Positions 1-8,058 of a stretch of 35,116 nt of DNA are shown one piece after another; position 1 is the stretch's first letter, and the number at the start of each line of letters is the position of its first letter. This DNA is from an uncultured Opitutaceae bacterium. GTDB taxonomy: Bacteria; Verrucomicrobiota; Verrucomicrobiia; Opitutales; UBA2995. The notes beneath the pieces are model-generated. The model did no database searches and had not been told where the DNA came from. It worked only from the letters and a program-made list of their open reading frames with translations. A program made the translations under genes and the position numbers. The stretch covers positions 520-35,635 of the forward strand of contig CAZYDZ010000002.1 of NCBI GenBank assembly GCA_964646535.1, given 5' to 3'.

Positions 1-146
1 GTCGCCGTCGATTCTGCCCATGCATAGTGACGAAAAATCGCGCCTGCCGCGGGTATATGTTCCATCCACAGCAAATCCAACGCCATTTGACGAGCCGCAG
101 AAGCCGTCTCAAATGGCACAATCGACAGTGGAGCAAGGACCGTCAC
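1..146 (-). CDS. biotin/lipoate A/B protein ligase family protein (LplA/LipB-like), N-terminal fragment running off the window edge
   Basis: Not in the ORF track because it is truncated. The minus-strand frame from GTG at 146 reads (M)TVLAPLSIVPFETASAARQMALDLLWMEHIPAAGAIFRHYAWAESTA and stays open to position 1. It resembles the N-terminal NxAxDExLL ... LRxYxW region of lipoate-protein ligases. It starts 7 nt after the stop of the upstream gene, in the same frame. Confidence 0.4.
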   Translation of the reverse strand, partial: MTVLAPLSIVPFETASAARQMALDLLWMEHIPAAGAIFRHYAWAESTA

Positions 147-152
147 AAGAGT

Positions 153-1097
153 TTATCCGATCGGCGGTAGCGCGTGGTACCAGTCGCGCACTGGCCGCGG
201 AACCACCAAGCGTTCCAGTTGTTCTTCAATCGACTCTGGACGGGTACGCAGTTCCTTCTCCAGCGAACCGATGAACAACGGCAGTTTTTTCGGCTGATCC
301 TCAAACCGCACATCCCCTTCCATCTGTGCAGGCAGAATCCATTCTTCCGGCAGTTTGAAGTGACGGGTAATCGCCAATCCCAGTTCCACCCGTGACAGCA
401 ACTCGCGACCCGCCCAGTGATAGACTCCCGCCAGGCGAGGCTTTTCGCACAGCTCGACAATCGCTTCCGCCGCGCTTTCTGCCGTACACGTCTGGCGGTA
501 TTGATCGGTAAATAAACGTGCTTTCTCTCCCTTGGCCCACAGTGCGAACAGGCGCTCGTGCAAACTGCGCATCCCGCTCGGGCTATTGCCCTGTAACAAG
601 GGTAAACGAACCACCGCAGTGAATTCCGCTGCGTGCTCCAAGGCCGCTTGCTCTCCCAGCAATTTAAGCTGGCCATACAAATTGAGCGGTCCCGTCGCAT
701 CATTCGGATGGTAAGGCCGATCCTCGCGCGGGCTGCCGTCAAACACCTGCTCCGTGGATACCTGCACCAGTCGCGCGCTCAAATGGTGTGCGAGGCGAGC
801 CAACAATGCGGGCAAATCCACATTCAGGCGTCGTGCCGAGTCACGATCCTCCAAACACTGCCGATTCTCGGTAGCCGCTGCCGTATTGACTATGGCATCG
901 GGAAAATCCTCCAACAACTGACGCGTTACCGCTGCTTCATCGCGTAGATCCAATGCATGACGTGTGACTCCCGTGGGCAACGATTCCTGTCTGACATTGG
1001 AAAACCCAATCTCCACCACCTGATGACCGCGCTCCAGCGCCCGCTTGCTCACCAACGAACCGAGCAATCCAGTTGCGCCTGTTACCCAAATTTTCAT
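153..1097 (-). CDS. SDR-family NAD(P)-dependent sugar-nucleotide reductase, RmlD (dTDP-4-dehydrorhamnose reductase)-like
   Basis: N-terminal Rossmann motif MKIWVTGATGLLGS. Also has VNTAA, STEQVFDG and PLNLYGQLKLLGE (YxxxK catalytic motif), collinear with RfbD/RmlD. Confidence 0.8.
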   Translation of the reverse strand: MKIWVTGATGLLGSLVSKRALERGHQVVEIGFSNVRQESLPTGVTRHALDLRDEAAVTRQLLEDFPDAIVNTAAATENRQCLEDRDSARRLNVDLPALLARLAHHLSARLVQVSTEQVFDGSPREDRPYHPNDATGPLNLYGQLKLLGEQAALEHAAEFTAVVRLPLLQGNSPSGMRSLHERLFALWAKGEKARLFTDQYRQTCTAESAAEAIVELCEKPRLAGVYHWAGRELLSRVELGLAITRHFKLPEEWILPAQMEGDVRFEDQPKKLPLFIGSLEKELRTRPESIEEQLERLVVPRPVRDWYHALPPIG

Positions 1098-1139
1098 GCT
1101 TTGTTGCTAATCGCCAGACCACGCAGGGTCAATCTGGAA

Positions 1140-1268
1140 TACAGAAGAGGTACAGAAGGCACAAAGGGTGGAAGAGGAAAAAACCACTGATGAGCGCAGA
1201 ATGACGCAGATAGAGATGCTGTAGGAGCGGCTTTACGCCGCGACCTTTGTGGTTACACCTCTTCTGTA
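1140..1268. repeat. 129-bp MITE-like composite repeat bounded by perfect 12-bp inverted repeats
   Basis: TACAGAAGAGGT at 1140..1151 and its exact reverse complement ACCTCTTCTGTA at 1257..1268. Inside are an AACCAC..GAT..CGCAGAT module (1181..1213) and the REP-like CTGTAGGAGCGGCTTTACGCCGCGACC (1219..1245). Both modules recur elsewhere in the window. Confidence 0.6.
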
Positions 1269-2143
1269 CTCTGTACCTTGCGGTTTTTCCACCAAGTGCA
1301 GATGAAGCGTATCAGCCCGAAGAATACATAGGAGAGGAACAGCACCACCAGGGCGATTTCCCAATAGAGGAACAGCACCACCAAAAATACGGCGACCAAA
1401 ATGAACGTCCGTACTTGGGTGCGGGTCTGCCAGTTGACTTTCTTGAAACTCGGATAGCGCACGGAGCTGACCATTAGCAGAGAGATCAGGATCATCAAAA
1501 TCGGCAGAAAAGCCGCCGCTGCCCTCACATCATAACGGTTCAGCATCAATACAATACTGGCAATGGCGCCTGCGGCTGCCGGCACCGGCAGGCCGATAAA
1601 GTCGCGGGTCTTCAACAGTTCCTGCTGGGAATAAACCAGCGGATGCGTCAGCACATTGAAACGAGCCAGGCGCACGGCCGCGCACAACAGATAAAGCGCT
1701 CCGATCAACACGCCTGCATTCCGCACCAGCGCTCCGAGGTCTGAAATACTGCCCAGTCCTACTTCGGGGGAGATAATCAAAAACAGCACCATGAGCGCTG
1801 GCGCCAAGCCAAAGGAGACCAGATCGGCCAATGAATCAAACTCCTTGCCGAACAGACTTTCACGCCCACCGAAGCGAGCCAGACGCCCATCCAGAATATC
1901 AAAAATCACGGCGGCCAAGATCAGCAATACCGCCTCGGTGTACTGACGGGTAATCATTTCTCCCAGTTGCTCCACCGAGTACTCACCACCAGCACCAATC
2001 GTCTGATAGAACTTGGCCTGGATACACCAGATAATCGCCAGAAAGCCGCACAGTAGATTTCCTGCCGTCATCAGATTGGGCAGCACGTAAATGCGGCTGG
2101 CTTGTGAGCCGTGATATTTGTCTTCGGGTTCTGCGTCGCTCAT
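1253..2143 (-). CDS. pssA: CDP-diacylglycerol--serine O-phosphatidyltransferase (CDP-alcohol phosphatidyltransferase family)
   Basis: DILDGRLARFGGRESLFGKEFDSLADLVSFG matches the CDP-alcohol phosphatidyltransferase signature D-G-x2-A-R-x8-G-x3-D-x3-D. The protein is polytopic and about 296 aa. Confidence 0.85.
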   Translation of the reverse strand: MSDAEPEDKYHGSQASRIYVLPNLMTAGNLLCGFLAIIWCIQAKFYQTIGAGGEYSVEQLGEMITRQYTEAVLLILAAVIFDILDGRLARFGGRESLFGKEFDSLADLVSFGLAPALMVLFLIISPEVGLGSISDLGALVRNAGVLIGALYLLCAAVRLARFNVLTHPLVYSQQELLKTRDFIGLPVPAAAGAIASIVLMLNRYDVRAAAAFLPILMILISLLMVSSVRYPSFKKVNWQTRTQVRTFILVAVFLVVLFLYWEIALVVLFLSYVFFGLIRFICTWWKNRKVQSTEEV

Positions 2144-2496
2144 GGTCGTTTGTTCAGGCTTTCCAGATACTTCCAGAAGCTACTGTGATTTTCCACCATC
2201 ACTTCTTCCGTTACTGGCAGGCGTGCGCGAAAGATAAAATCCGTCCATGTATTGCGGGGAAGAATGTAGTGGCAAAACAAAACATCTTCCTGAACAGAAA
2301 AGTAAATGCGGTACTCACCAGCGCGCAGACGGTAGTATGTGATGCCGTCGCGGTGAAAGCGTCCCAGAGGCTCGCGAGGACTGGCCAACTGATCCTCCGT
2401 CAATCCGCTGATGTGCTCCATGAGTTGGAGTTGTACGGATGTATCGAGACGGTTCATTTCACCAATACTCTGCTCACTGAAATTGACCTGATACAT
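2140..2496 (-). CDS. RelE/ParE-family toxin-like protein with a roughly 30-aa C-terminal extension (orphan, no adjacent antitoxin ORF)
   Basis: MYQVNFSEQSIGEMNRLD...YYRLRAGEYRIYFSVQEDVLFCHYILPR follows the RelE/ParE pattern (Y.V.FS..a...l..Ld ... YRlRvGdYRiiY ... I..R). Its stop overlaps the pssA start by 4 nt (ATGA). Confidence 0.5.
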   Translation of the reverse strand: MYQVNFSEQSIGEMNRLDTSVQLQLMEHISGLTEDQLASPREPLGRFHRDGITYYRLRAGEYRIYFSVQEDVLFCHYILPRNTWTDFIFRARLPVTEEVMVENHSSFWKYLESLNKRP

Positions 2497-2542
2497 GTTT
2501 TCGCTTTAAGCATTAAATAAACATCGCTCCAGTACAATAGAA

Positions 2543-3034
2543 ATGACATTATCCAGCAAACGGTTCCGTATCGGAGCCTGTACCTTTTTACTGCTTTATT
2601 TGCTGATCGGTCTTCTCGGTCTGCTCACGCCGCGTCAGGAAATTTTTCCGTTTTTCTCCTGGTTCCTGTTTCCCCACACCCCGCAGGTTCCACAGCACGA
2701 GTACAACCTGCGCCTGTTTGAGGTCAACGACATCTACCGCAGTGCGGAACCCTACTATAAGGACGCGCCTTCCGCCGAATACGCGGAAAATCCTCGTTCT
2801 CCCGAAGTCTGGCAGATTATTCAAAACATGGGGGATGCGTATATTGCGGAGGATTTCAAACGGGTAAACGAATTGCGACGGTTATTGGAAACCACATGGA
2901 TTCCCAATGTAACCGGTTATGCACTCATCAAGATTGATTACGATCCGATCAAGCGATTTCGACGTGACCCGGATGCATTTGCAGAACTCACGCTGGAGCG
3001 GTTTTCCCGTCTCGAACCGAAAGGAGCTCGATGA
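2543..3034 (+). CDS. hypothetical N-terminally membrane-anchored protein (size and position reminiscent of SdpA)
   Basis: 163 aa with a single N-terminal TM segment (ACTFLLLYLLIGLLGLL) followed by a soluble domain. Its stop overlaps the next ORF's start by 4 nt (ATGA). Confidence 0.5.
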   Translation: MTLSSKRFRIGACTFLLLYLLIGLLGLLTPRQEIFPFFSWFLFPHTPQVPQHEYNLRLFEVNDIYRSAEPYYKDAPSAEYAENPRSPEVWQIIQNMGDAYIAEDFKRVNELRRLLETTWIPNVTGYALIKIDYDPIKRFRRDPDAFAELTLERFSRLEPKGAR

Positions 3035-3960
3035 ACCACTCACTTGCCGCACCTGCCAGTCAGGCACGCTGGATTATCCGAATTTTTTACGGATTCCTGT
3101 TTTTATATGCGACGAATGAAATTCCTTCATTTCTGGCAACCCGTTACAGCGAAGGGATTGACCCACTCTGGCCTGTGGCATGGATCCACTGTTTTCCATT
3201 TGAGAACAGCGTATTCCTTATTCTTGCAGGGTTTTTACTGAGTACGTTGCTGGCAGCCTTGTTTCCGGCTACCCGATTTGTTCGCATTCTGGTCTTTCTG
3301 GGTGTATTGGAGTACATCGCACTGAAATATTCTTACGGAAAGATTGGTCACAGCATGCACCTCTGGTTGATTGTCGTTGCCATTTTCACGACCCTTCCCA
3401 AGGAGTGGATTCGCGGGGACAATACCTCTCCAAGAACACAAAAACGGCTGTTGGAAGCCTTTCTGCTGGCTCAAACTTTTGTGTTGCTGACCTACACGAT
3501 GTCTGGCCTGGGTAAAATCATCGTAGGTCTTTATCAAATGGCCATGGGAGAATACCATTCTTTCCACCCCATGGCGTTTGCCTTGCATGTGGCAGATCGT
3601 CTGTCGCAAACCAATTCGGAAGCTGTCTGGTGGCAAACCAAGTGGTTCGGCGCTTTTATCGTCAACAATCCGTGGCTCAGTTGGCCTTTTTTCCTTGGAG
3701 CCATCTACATCCAGTTTGCCTCTTTCTTTGTGGCCCATCGACCTGAATTACACCGTCTGTGGGGATTCCTGCTGATATGCAGTCATGTCGGCATTGCCGC
3801 TACCATGGGCATTTTCTTTAATGAAAGCATTTTCATCCTGTTTCTGCTGTTGATCCTGTCGCCCTTTGATCAAGGTCAGTTCCTCTGGAAACAGCGCATA
3901 AAGGCATTGCCTGGAATCAATTGGCAACGTCATCGCGAGATGCCTCTGCTCAAGGAATAA
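3031..3960 (+). CDS. polytopic membrane protein, possibly HTTM/SdpB-like
   Basis: 309 aa with multiple hydrophobic helices. WIIRIFYGFLFLY ... LFPATRFVRILVFLGVLEY ... IGHSMHLWLIVVAIFTTLP resembles the HTTM (vitamin-K carboxylase-like/SdpB) layout. Translationally coupled to 2543..3034. Confidence 0.55.
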   Translation: MNHSLAAPASQARWIIRIFYGFLFLYATNEIPSFLATRYSEGIDPLWPVAWIHCFPFENSVFLILAGFLLSTLLAALFPATRFVRILVFLGVLEYIALKYSYGKIGHSMHLWLIVVAIFTTLPKEWIRGDNTSPRTQKRLLEAFLLAQTFVLLTYTMSGLGKIIVGLYQMAMGEYHSFHPMAFALHVADRLSQTNSEAVWWQTKWFGAFIVNNPWLSWPFFLGAIYIQFASFFVAHRPELHRLWGFLLICSHVGIAATMGIFFNESIFILFLLLILSPFDQGQFLWKQRIKALPGINWQRHREMPLLKE

Positions 3961-3999
3961 GTGCGGTAATTCCGAGCTTAACACAGTGATCCGTGTGTT

Positions 4000-4878
4000 C
4001 TAGCGATAGCGGATCGTACTTCCCAGGTAGCGCAGCAGCCACATTTCTTTCCACGCGCGGTAGCGACCTTCCAGAGAAAGTCTCCCCTGCTCCCCATGTA
4101 ACTCTCTTGGTAATAGAAACCCTTTTTCGCGATTTACCTGTTCGATCATCTCCGAATAACCATTGATCTCTTCCAAGGGTTCCTGATCGGGCTCGACAAA
4201 CTTGCCCCCGCTTTTCAAAACACGCTGTTTATGAATCTGATACAGTTTTTCGACTGACACCATTAGGGGCAGGCGTAATACAAACCAGTGATCTGGATAA
4301 AAACCCCCATAAGGCAGATTATGATTGTCTGTAATGACTCGTTCACCCTCTGCGGTAACCGAAGAAAACGAATAACAGGTATGTACTCCAGCAATCTGCC
4401 GAGGGAAAAATGTGATCCAAAGCTGGGTTTTGCGATCTGTAGAAAGGTAACACGTTGTCCTTATGTACAATGGATCCAGAATCTGAGCCTTGAGCGAAGC
4501 CTGTCTTTGAAATCCTTCCTTTTTTACCCAATCCCGCAATAAAAACGTGTCACTGTTAATTGGCCACTCATCCCCTGTCGTGTTTGGAAAATATCGAGGA
4601 AACAGCGGAAACGTGCTGTAACTCAAAACACGAATTGCTAACCAGCGATAAGCCCCCTCCAGCAGAAACCAGAGAAGAAAAGCACAACTGAACAACACCC
4701 AAAATGGACGGCTGACACCGAATCCATGTGCAACCATTGCCATTAACCATGCTACCGACACCCACGAAAGCCAGTGAATCAGAATCGTGCGTACGGGAGT
4801 GGGCTGATACCGATTAAAAAACCTCAGGAAGAGGGAAATCAGGATCAGTGCAACCGCAACCTGTGTAATTTCAGTCAA
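4000..4878 (-). CDS. hypothetical membrane protein (3-4 N-terminal TM helices plus a roughly 190-aa soluble C-terminal domain)
   Basis: Long ORF starting 15 nt after the dnaN stop on the same strand. I recognise no family motif. Confidence 0.6.
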   Translation of the reverse strand: MTEITQVAVALILISLFLRFFNRYQPTPVRTILIHWLSWVSVAWLMAMVAHGFGVSRPFWVLFSCAFLLWFLLEGAYRWLAIRVLSYSTFPLFPRYFPNTTGDEWPINSDTFLLRDWVKKEGFQRQASLKAQILDPLYIRTTCYLSTDRKTQLWITFFPRQIAGVHTCYSFSSVTAEGERVITDNHNLPYGGFYPDHWFVLRLPLMVSVEKLYQIHKQRVLKSGGKFVEPDQEPLEEINGYSEMIEQVNREKGFLLPRELHGEQGRLSLEGRYRAWKEMWLLRYLGSTIRYR

Positions 4879-4893
4879 TGCAGATGGAACTCC

Positions 4894-6051
4894 TTAGTTC
4901 AGGCGCAGGGGCATGATCACGCAAAGAAATTCCTTACCCAGCTTCAACACACCGGGGCTGACATCATTGTTGAATTCAAAGGTAACCTTGTCCTCGGTCA
5001 ACGCCTTGAGCGGATCACGTACAAAGTCAGGATTGAACGCAATTACCGCTTCTTCGCCAGTATACTCCACTGCCATCACTTCCTGCGCTTCACCATACTC
5101 CTGGCTGGAACCGTTGATTTCGAGTTGGTTTGGAGCAAATTTGAAACGTACCAAGCGATTTTTATCAGTTGTTACCAATGCAGCACGACGCACACACTCT
5201 TCCAGCAGCTCGCGCTCCAACTGTACCTGATGGCCTCCGTCTTTCGGTATTACCTGCTGATAGTTTGGATAATTGCCTTCAACAACCTTCGAAACCAGAT
5301 AGATGCTTGAAACCAAACCGACGGTTTTCGCATTTTCGTCCTCCTTCGTTTCTCCCTTTTCAGACTTGGTATCAATCAGGAAGGAAACCTGGCGATCATT
5401 GAAACTGATTTTTACAGATTCTCCCTTATCGAGCAGACGCAGTAACTCTGCCACTGTTTTACCAGGCAGGATAATTTTTCCTTCTCCACCCTCTGGTACT
5501 TTCAAAGGATGTTGCGTCACTGCCAAACGACGTCCGTCAGTCGCCGCCAGCACCAATTGAGCGCCGTGAAAGTCAAAGTAAACTCCGTTGAGGATATGAC
5601 GTGTCTCATCCTGCGACTGCGCGTAGGAAACGCGCTTGAGCATGGTTAGCAATTGTGACTGCGCCAGCGTATAGGTACGGTTGTCGTCAAACTGTGGGAG
5701 TGGCGGGAAGTTTTCCTTACCCAATCCCATAATACGAAATTTGGAATTGCCGCTGCGGATCAATGCCTGATTCTCATCAGATGCTTCCACCTCCACATCG
5801 TTACCAGACAACTCGCGCACGATGTCGGCCAGCTTCCGAACAGGTAAAGTGATCCCTCCTGACTGCTTGACTTCCGCTGCCACCTGACAACGAATACCGA
5901 GATCCAGGTTTGTCGTAGTCAGGGAAATTTTACCGTCTGCCGCCTCAATCAACACATTGCCGAGAATCGGCATGGGGGTTCTGGGCGCCACAATATTGAG
6001 CACTTGCTGCAGTCCCTGTATAAAATGTTGGCGGTGAATCCGAAACTTCAT
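4894..6051 (-). CDS. dnaN: DNA polymerase III subunit beta (sliding clamp)
   Basis: [37 protein letters not shown] ... [10 protein letters not shown] ... [13 protein letters not shown] ... CVIMPLRL is collinear with DnaN over the full length. Confidence 0.95.
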   Translation of the reverse strand: MKFRIHRQHFIQGLQQVLNIVAPRTPMPILGNVLIEAADGKISLTTTNLDLGIRCQVAAEVKQSGGITLPVRKLADIVRELSGNDVEVEASDENQALIRSGNSKFRIMGLGKENFPPLPQFDDNRTYTLAQSQLLTMLKRVSYAQSQDETRHILNGVYFDFHGAQLVLAATDGRRLAVTQHPLKVPEGGEGKIILPGKTVAELLRLLDKGESVKISFNDRQVSFLIDTKSEKGETKEDENAKTVGLVSSIYLVSKVVEGNYPNYQQVIPKDGGHQVQLERELLEECVRRAALVTTDKNRLVRFKFAPNQLEINGSSQEYGEAQEVMAVEYTGEEAVIAFNPDFVRDPLKALTEDKVTFEFNNDVSPGVLKLGKEFLCVIMPLRLN

Positions 6052-6465
6052 GGGTCAAAATCTGTGTGTTTTTTTCTGTTTGTGCAATCTGATACTCAGA
6101 GAAGAGTATATGTAAATATAAAAGACCATATTCATCAGCTCTGTGAAAAACATCAAGAACAGATTTAACTGATTGTTTGGCAGAAGGTTATTTTGAAGAA
6201 AAAGCATGCCAATAACTTTTGCCAAGTCTGTCCGCAAATGGGAGTTGCGCATAACTTTTGCTAACTCACTCGGTTATTCACAGAGTTATCCGCACAGGGC
6301 GTAATGAGGTGTCAATGCACTGTAGTCGCGGCCTAAAGCCACTCCTACAGGAAAAAAGTATTATATCTGCCGTAAGCTGGCAGCCAATCGGGAAATATCC
6401 TTGTAAACCCAGGAGACATCCGTTTCCCTTTTATACCGTTTATCAGTAGTAATCATTGTACGAAC
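6052..6465. other. AT-rich divergent dnaN/gnd spacer; candidate oriC or DnaA-regulated dnaN promoter region
   Basis: Visibly the most AT-rich stretch of the window (for example gaagagtatatgtaaatataaaagaccatattcat). Contains DnaA-box-like 9-mers at 6274..6282 and 6286..6294, a weaker one at 6142..6150, and the 11-bp direct repeat ATAACTTTTGC at 6212..6222 and 6251..6261. Confidence 0.4.
6274..6294 (+). promoter_or_regulatory. two tandem DnaA-box-like 9-mers
   Basis: TTATTCACA (6274..6282) and TTATCCGCA (6286..6294). Each has one mismatch to the TTATCCACA consensus, they share orientation, and they are spaced 12 bp start to start. Confidence 0.45.
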
Positions 6466-7968
6466 ATGTCTGAAAACCTTTCCGATATAGGTCTCGTGGG
6501 GTTGGCTGTTATGGGCCAAAACCTGGCTTTGAACGTTGCCGACCACGGCTACAGGATTTCCGTATATAACCGAACCACGGCAACGACGGAGAAATTTGTT
6601 GTCGCCAATCCAAATACTCCTGGTGGCCTGGTGGGAACAAAGACGTTGGAAGAGTTCGTGAAGTCTTTGAAGCGCCCACGCAAGGTGATTATTCTGGTCA
6701 AGGCGGGCGGGCCAACAGATGCTGTCATTGATAGCCTGGTTCCGTTGCTGGAAAAGGATGATATCATTATTGATGGTGGTAATGCCCTTTGGACCGATAC
6801 CATTCGTCGTGAAAAGGAACTGACTGAGAAGGGATTGCGCTTCATTGGCAGTGGTGTTTCAGGCGGTGAGGAAGGAGCTCGCTTCGGTCCCTCGCTGATG
6901 CCTGGCGGTCAAGAGAGCGCATATCGTGAGATTGAGCCGATCTGGAGGGCTGTGGCTGCAAAAGTGGACGCTCAGACTGGCAAGCCACTTGAAGGAAGCA
7001 AGCCTGGCAAACCGGTTGAGGGTGGGGTTTCCTGCACGGCCTATATTGGAGCCAATGGCGCAGGACATTATGTTAAAATGGTACACAACGGTATCGAATA
7101 CGGCGACATGCAGATGATTTGTGAGGCATACTCCCTGATGGATCGCCTACTGGGTCTGTCGGCCAAGGAAATCGGTAAGATCTTTGAGCGTTGGAACAAG
7201 GGGGTGCTCGATTCCTTCCTGATTGAAATTACCGCAGATATCCTGCAGCAGGCCGATCCAGAGACTGGCAAACCGTTGGTCGATGTCATTCTGGATACTG
7301 CAGGGCAGAAAGGAACCGGTAAGTGGACCTCTGTCAGTGCATTGGATATGGGAGTCCCGGCTCCGACCGTGGTGGAAGCTGTATTTGCCCGTTGTCTGTC
7401 TGCCATTAAGGAAGAGCGCGTGGCTGCCTCATCAATCCTCAAGGGCCCTGAGCCAAAATTCGATGGAGACCAGGAAGCATTCATCGAGGCAATTCACGAT
7501 GCCCTCTACTGTTCCAAGATTTGTTCTTATGCACAGGGTTTCCAGTTGATGCGCGAGGCGCAGAAAGAGTACCAGTGGAAACTGAATTTTGGCGAAATTG
7601 CCCAAATCTGGCGCGGCGGGTGTATTATTCGAGCCCAGTTCCTGCAAAAAATCACCGAGGCATTCGCACGCGATGGCGAGTTGGCCAATCTACTGCTCGA
7701 TCCGCATTTCCGCGGCGAGGTGGAAGTTGCCCAGCAAAATTGGCGCCGAGTCGTTTCCGAGGCTGCGTTACAGGGGATTCCAGCGCCGACTTTTTCCTCT
7801 GCGCTGGCCTATTTTGATGGTTATCGTTCCGAGCGTTTACCCGCGAATCTGTTGCAAGGACAACGCGATTATTTCGGGGCTCATACCTTCGAAAGGACAG
7901 ATAAATCACGCGGACGTTATTTTCATGTTGACTGGCCGCATAAAAATCGTCCAATATACGAGGTATAA
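6466..7968 (+). CDS. gnd: 6-phosphogluconate dehydrogenase (NADP+-dependent, decarboxylating)
   Basis: [22 protein letters not shown] (NADP fold), [19 protein letters not shown] and GQKGTGKWT. Full-length match to Gnd, with a short insertion ([19 protein letters not shown]). Confidence 0.95.
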   Translation: MSENLSDIGLVGLAVMGQNLALNVADHGYRISVYNRTTATTEKFVVANPNTPGGLVGTKTLEEFVKSLKRPRKVIILVKAGGPTDAVIDSLVPLLEKDDIIIDGGNALWTDTIRREKELTEKGLRFIGSGVSGGEEGARFGPSLMPGGQESAYREIEPIWRAVAAKVDAQTGKPLEGSKPGKPVEGGVSCTAYIGANGAGHYVKMVHNGIEYGDMQMICEAYSLMDRLLGLSAKEIGKIFERWNKGVLDSFLIEITADILQQADPETGKPLVDVILDTAGQKGTGKWTSVSALDMGVPAPTVVEAVFARCLSAIKEERVAASSILKGPEPKFDGDQEAFIEAIHDALYCSKICSYAQGFQLMREAQKEYQWKLNFGEIAQIWRGGCIIRAQFLQKITEAFARDGELANLLLDPHFRGEVEVAQQNWRRVVSEAALQGIPAPTFSSALAYFDGYRSERLPANLLQGQRDYFGAHTFERTDKSRGRYFHVDWPHKNRPIYEV

Positions 7969-7990
7969 ATTGATTTTCCTCCTCCCTCCT

Positions 7991-8028
7991 ACGGCGGGCT
8001 GTCCTTCGGGAAGCCCGCCGTTTTCTTT
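7991..8028 (+). terminator. rho-independent terminator downstream of gnd
   Basis: Perfect 10-bp stem ACGGCGGGCT (7991..8000) / AGCCCGCCGT (8012..8021), followed by TTTTCTTT. Confidence 0.7.
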
Positions 8029-8058
8029 GCCCGAATGGCAAGTGAACCGCACTCAGCC

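Noticed and set aside
6055-6449. 65-aa (minus) and 63-aa (plus) ORFs in the dnaN-gnd spacer, considered as a small gene or dnaA remnant
   Set aside because: The AT-rich composition gives implausible peptides (for example ...FFTELMNMVFYIYIYSS). They show no DnaA motifs and overlap the DnaA-box/AT-rich features.
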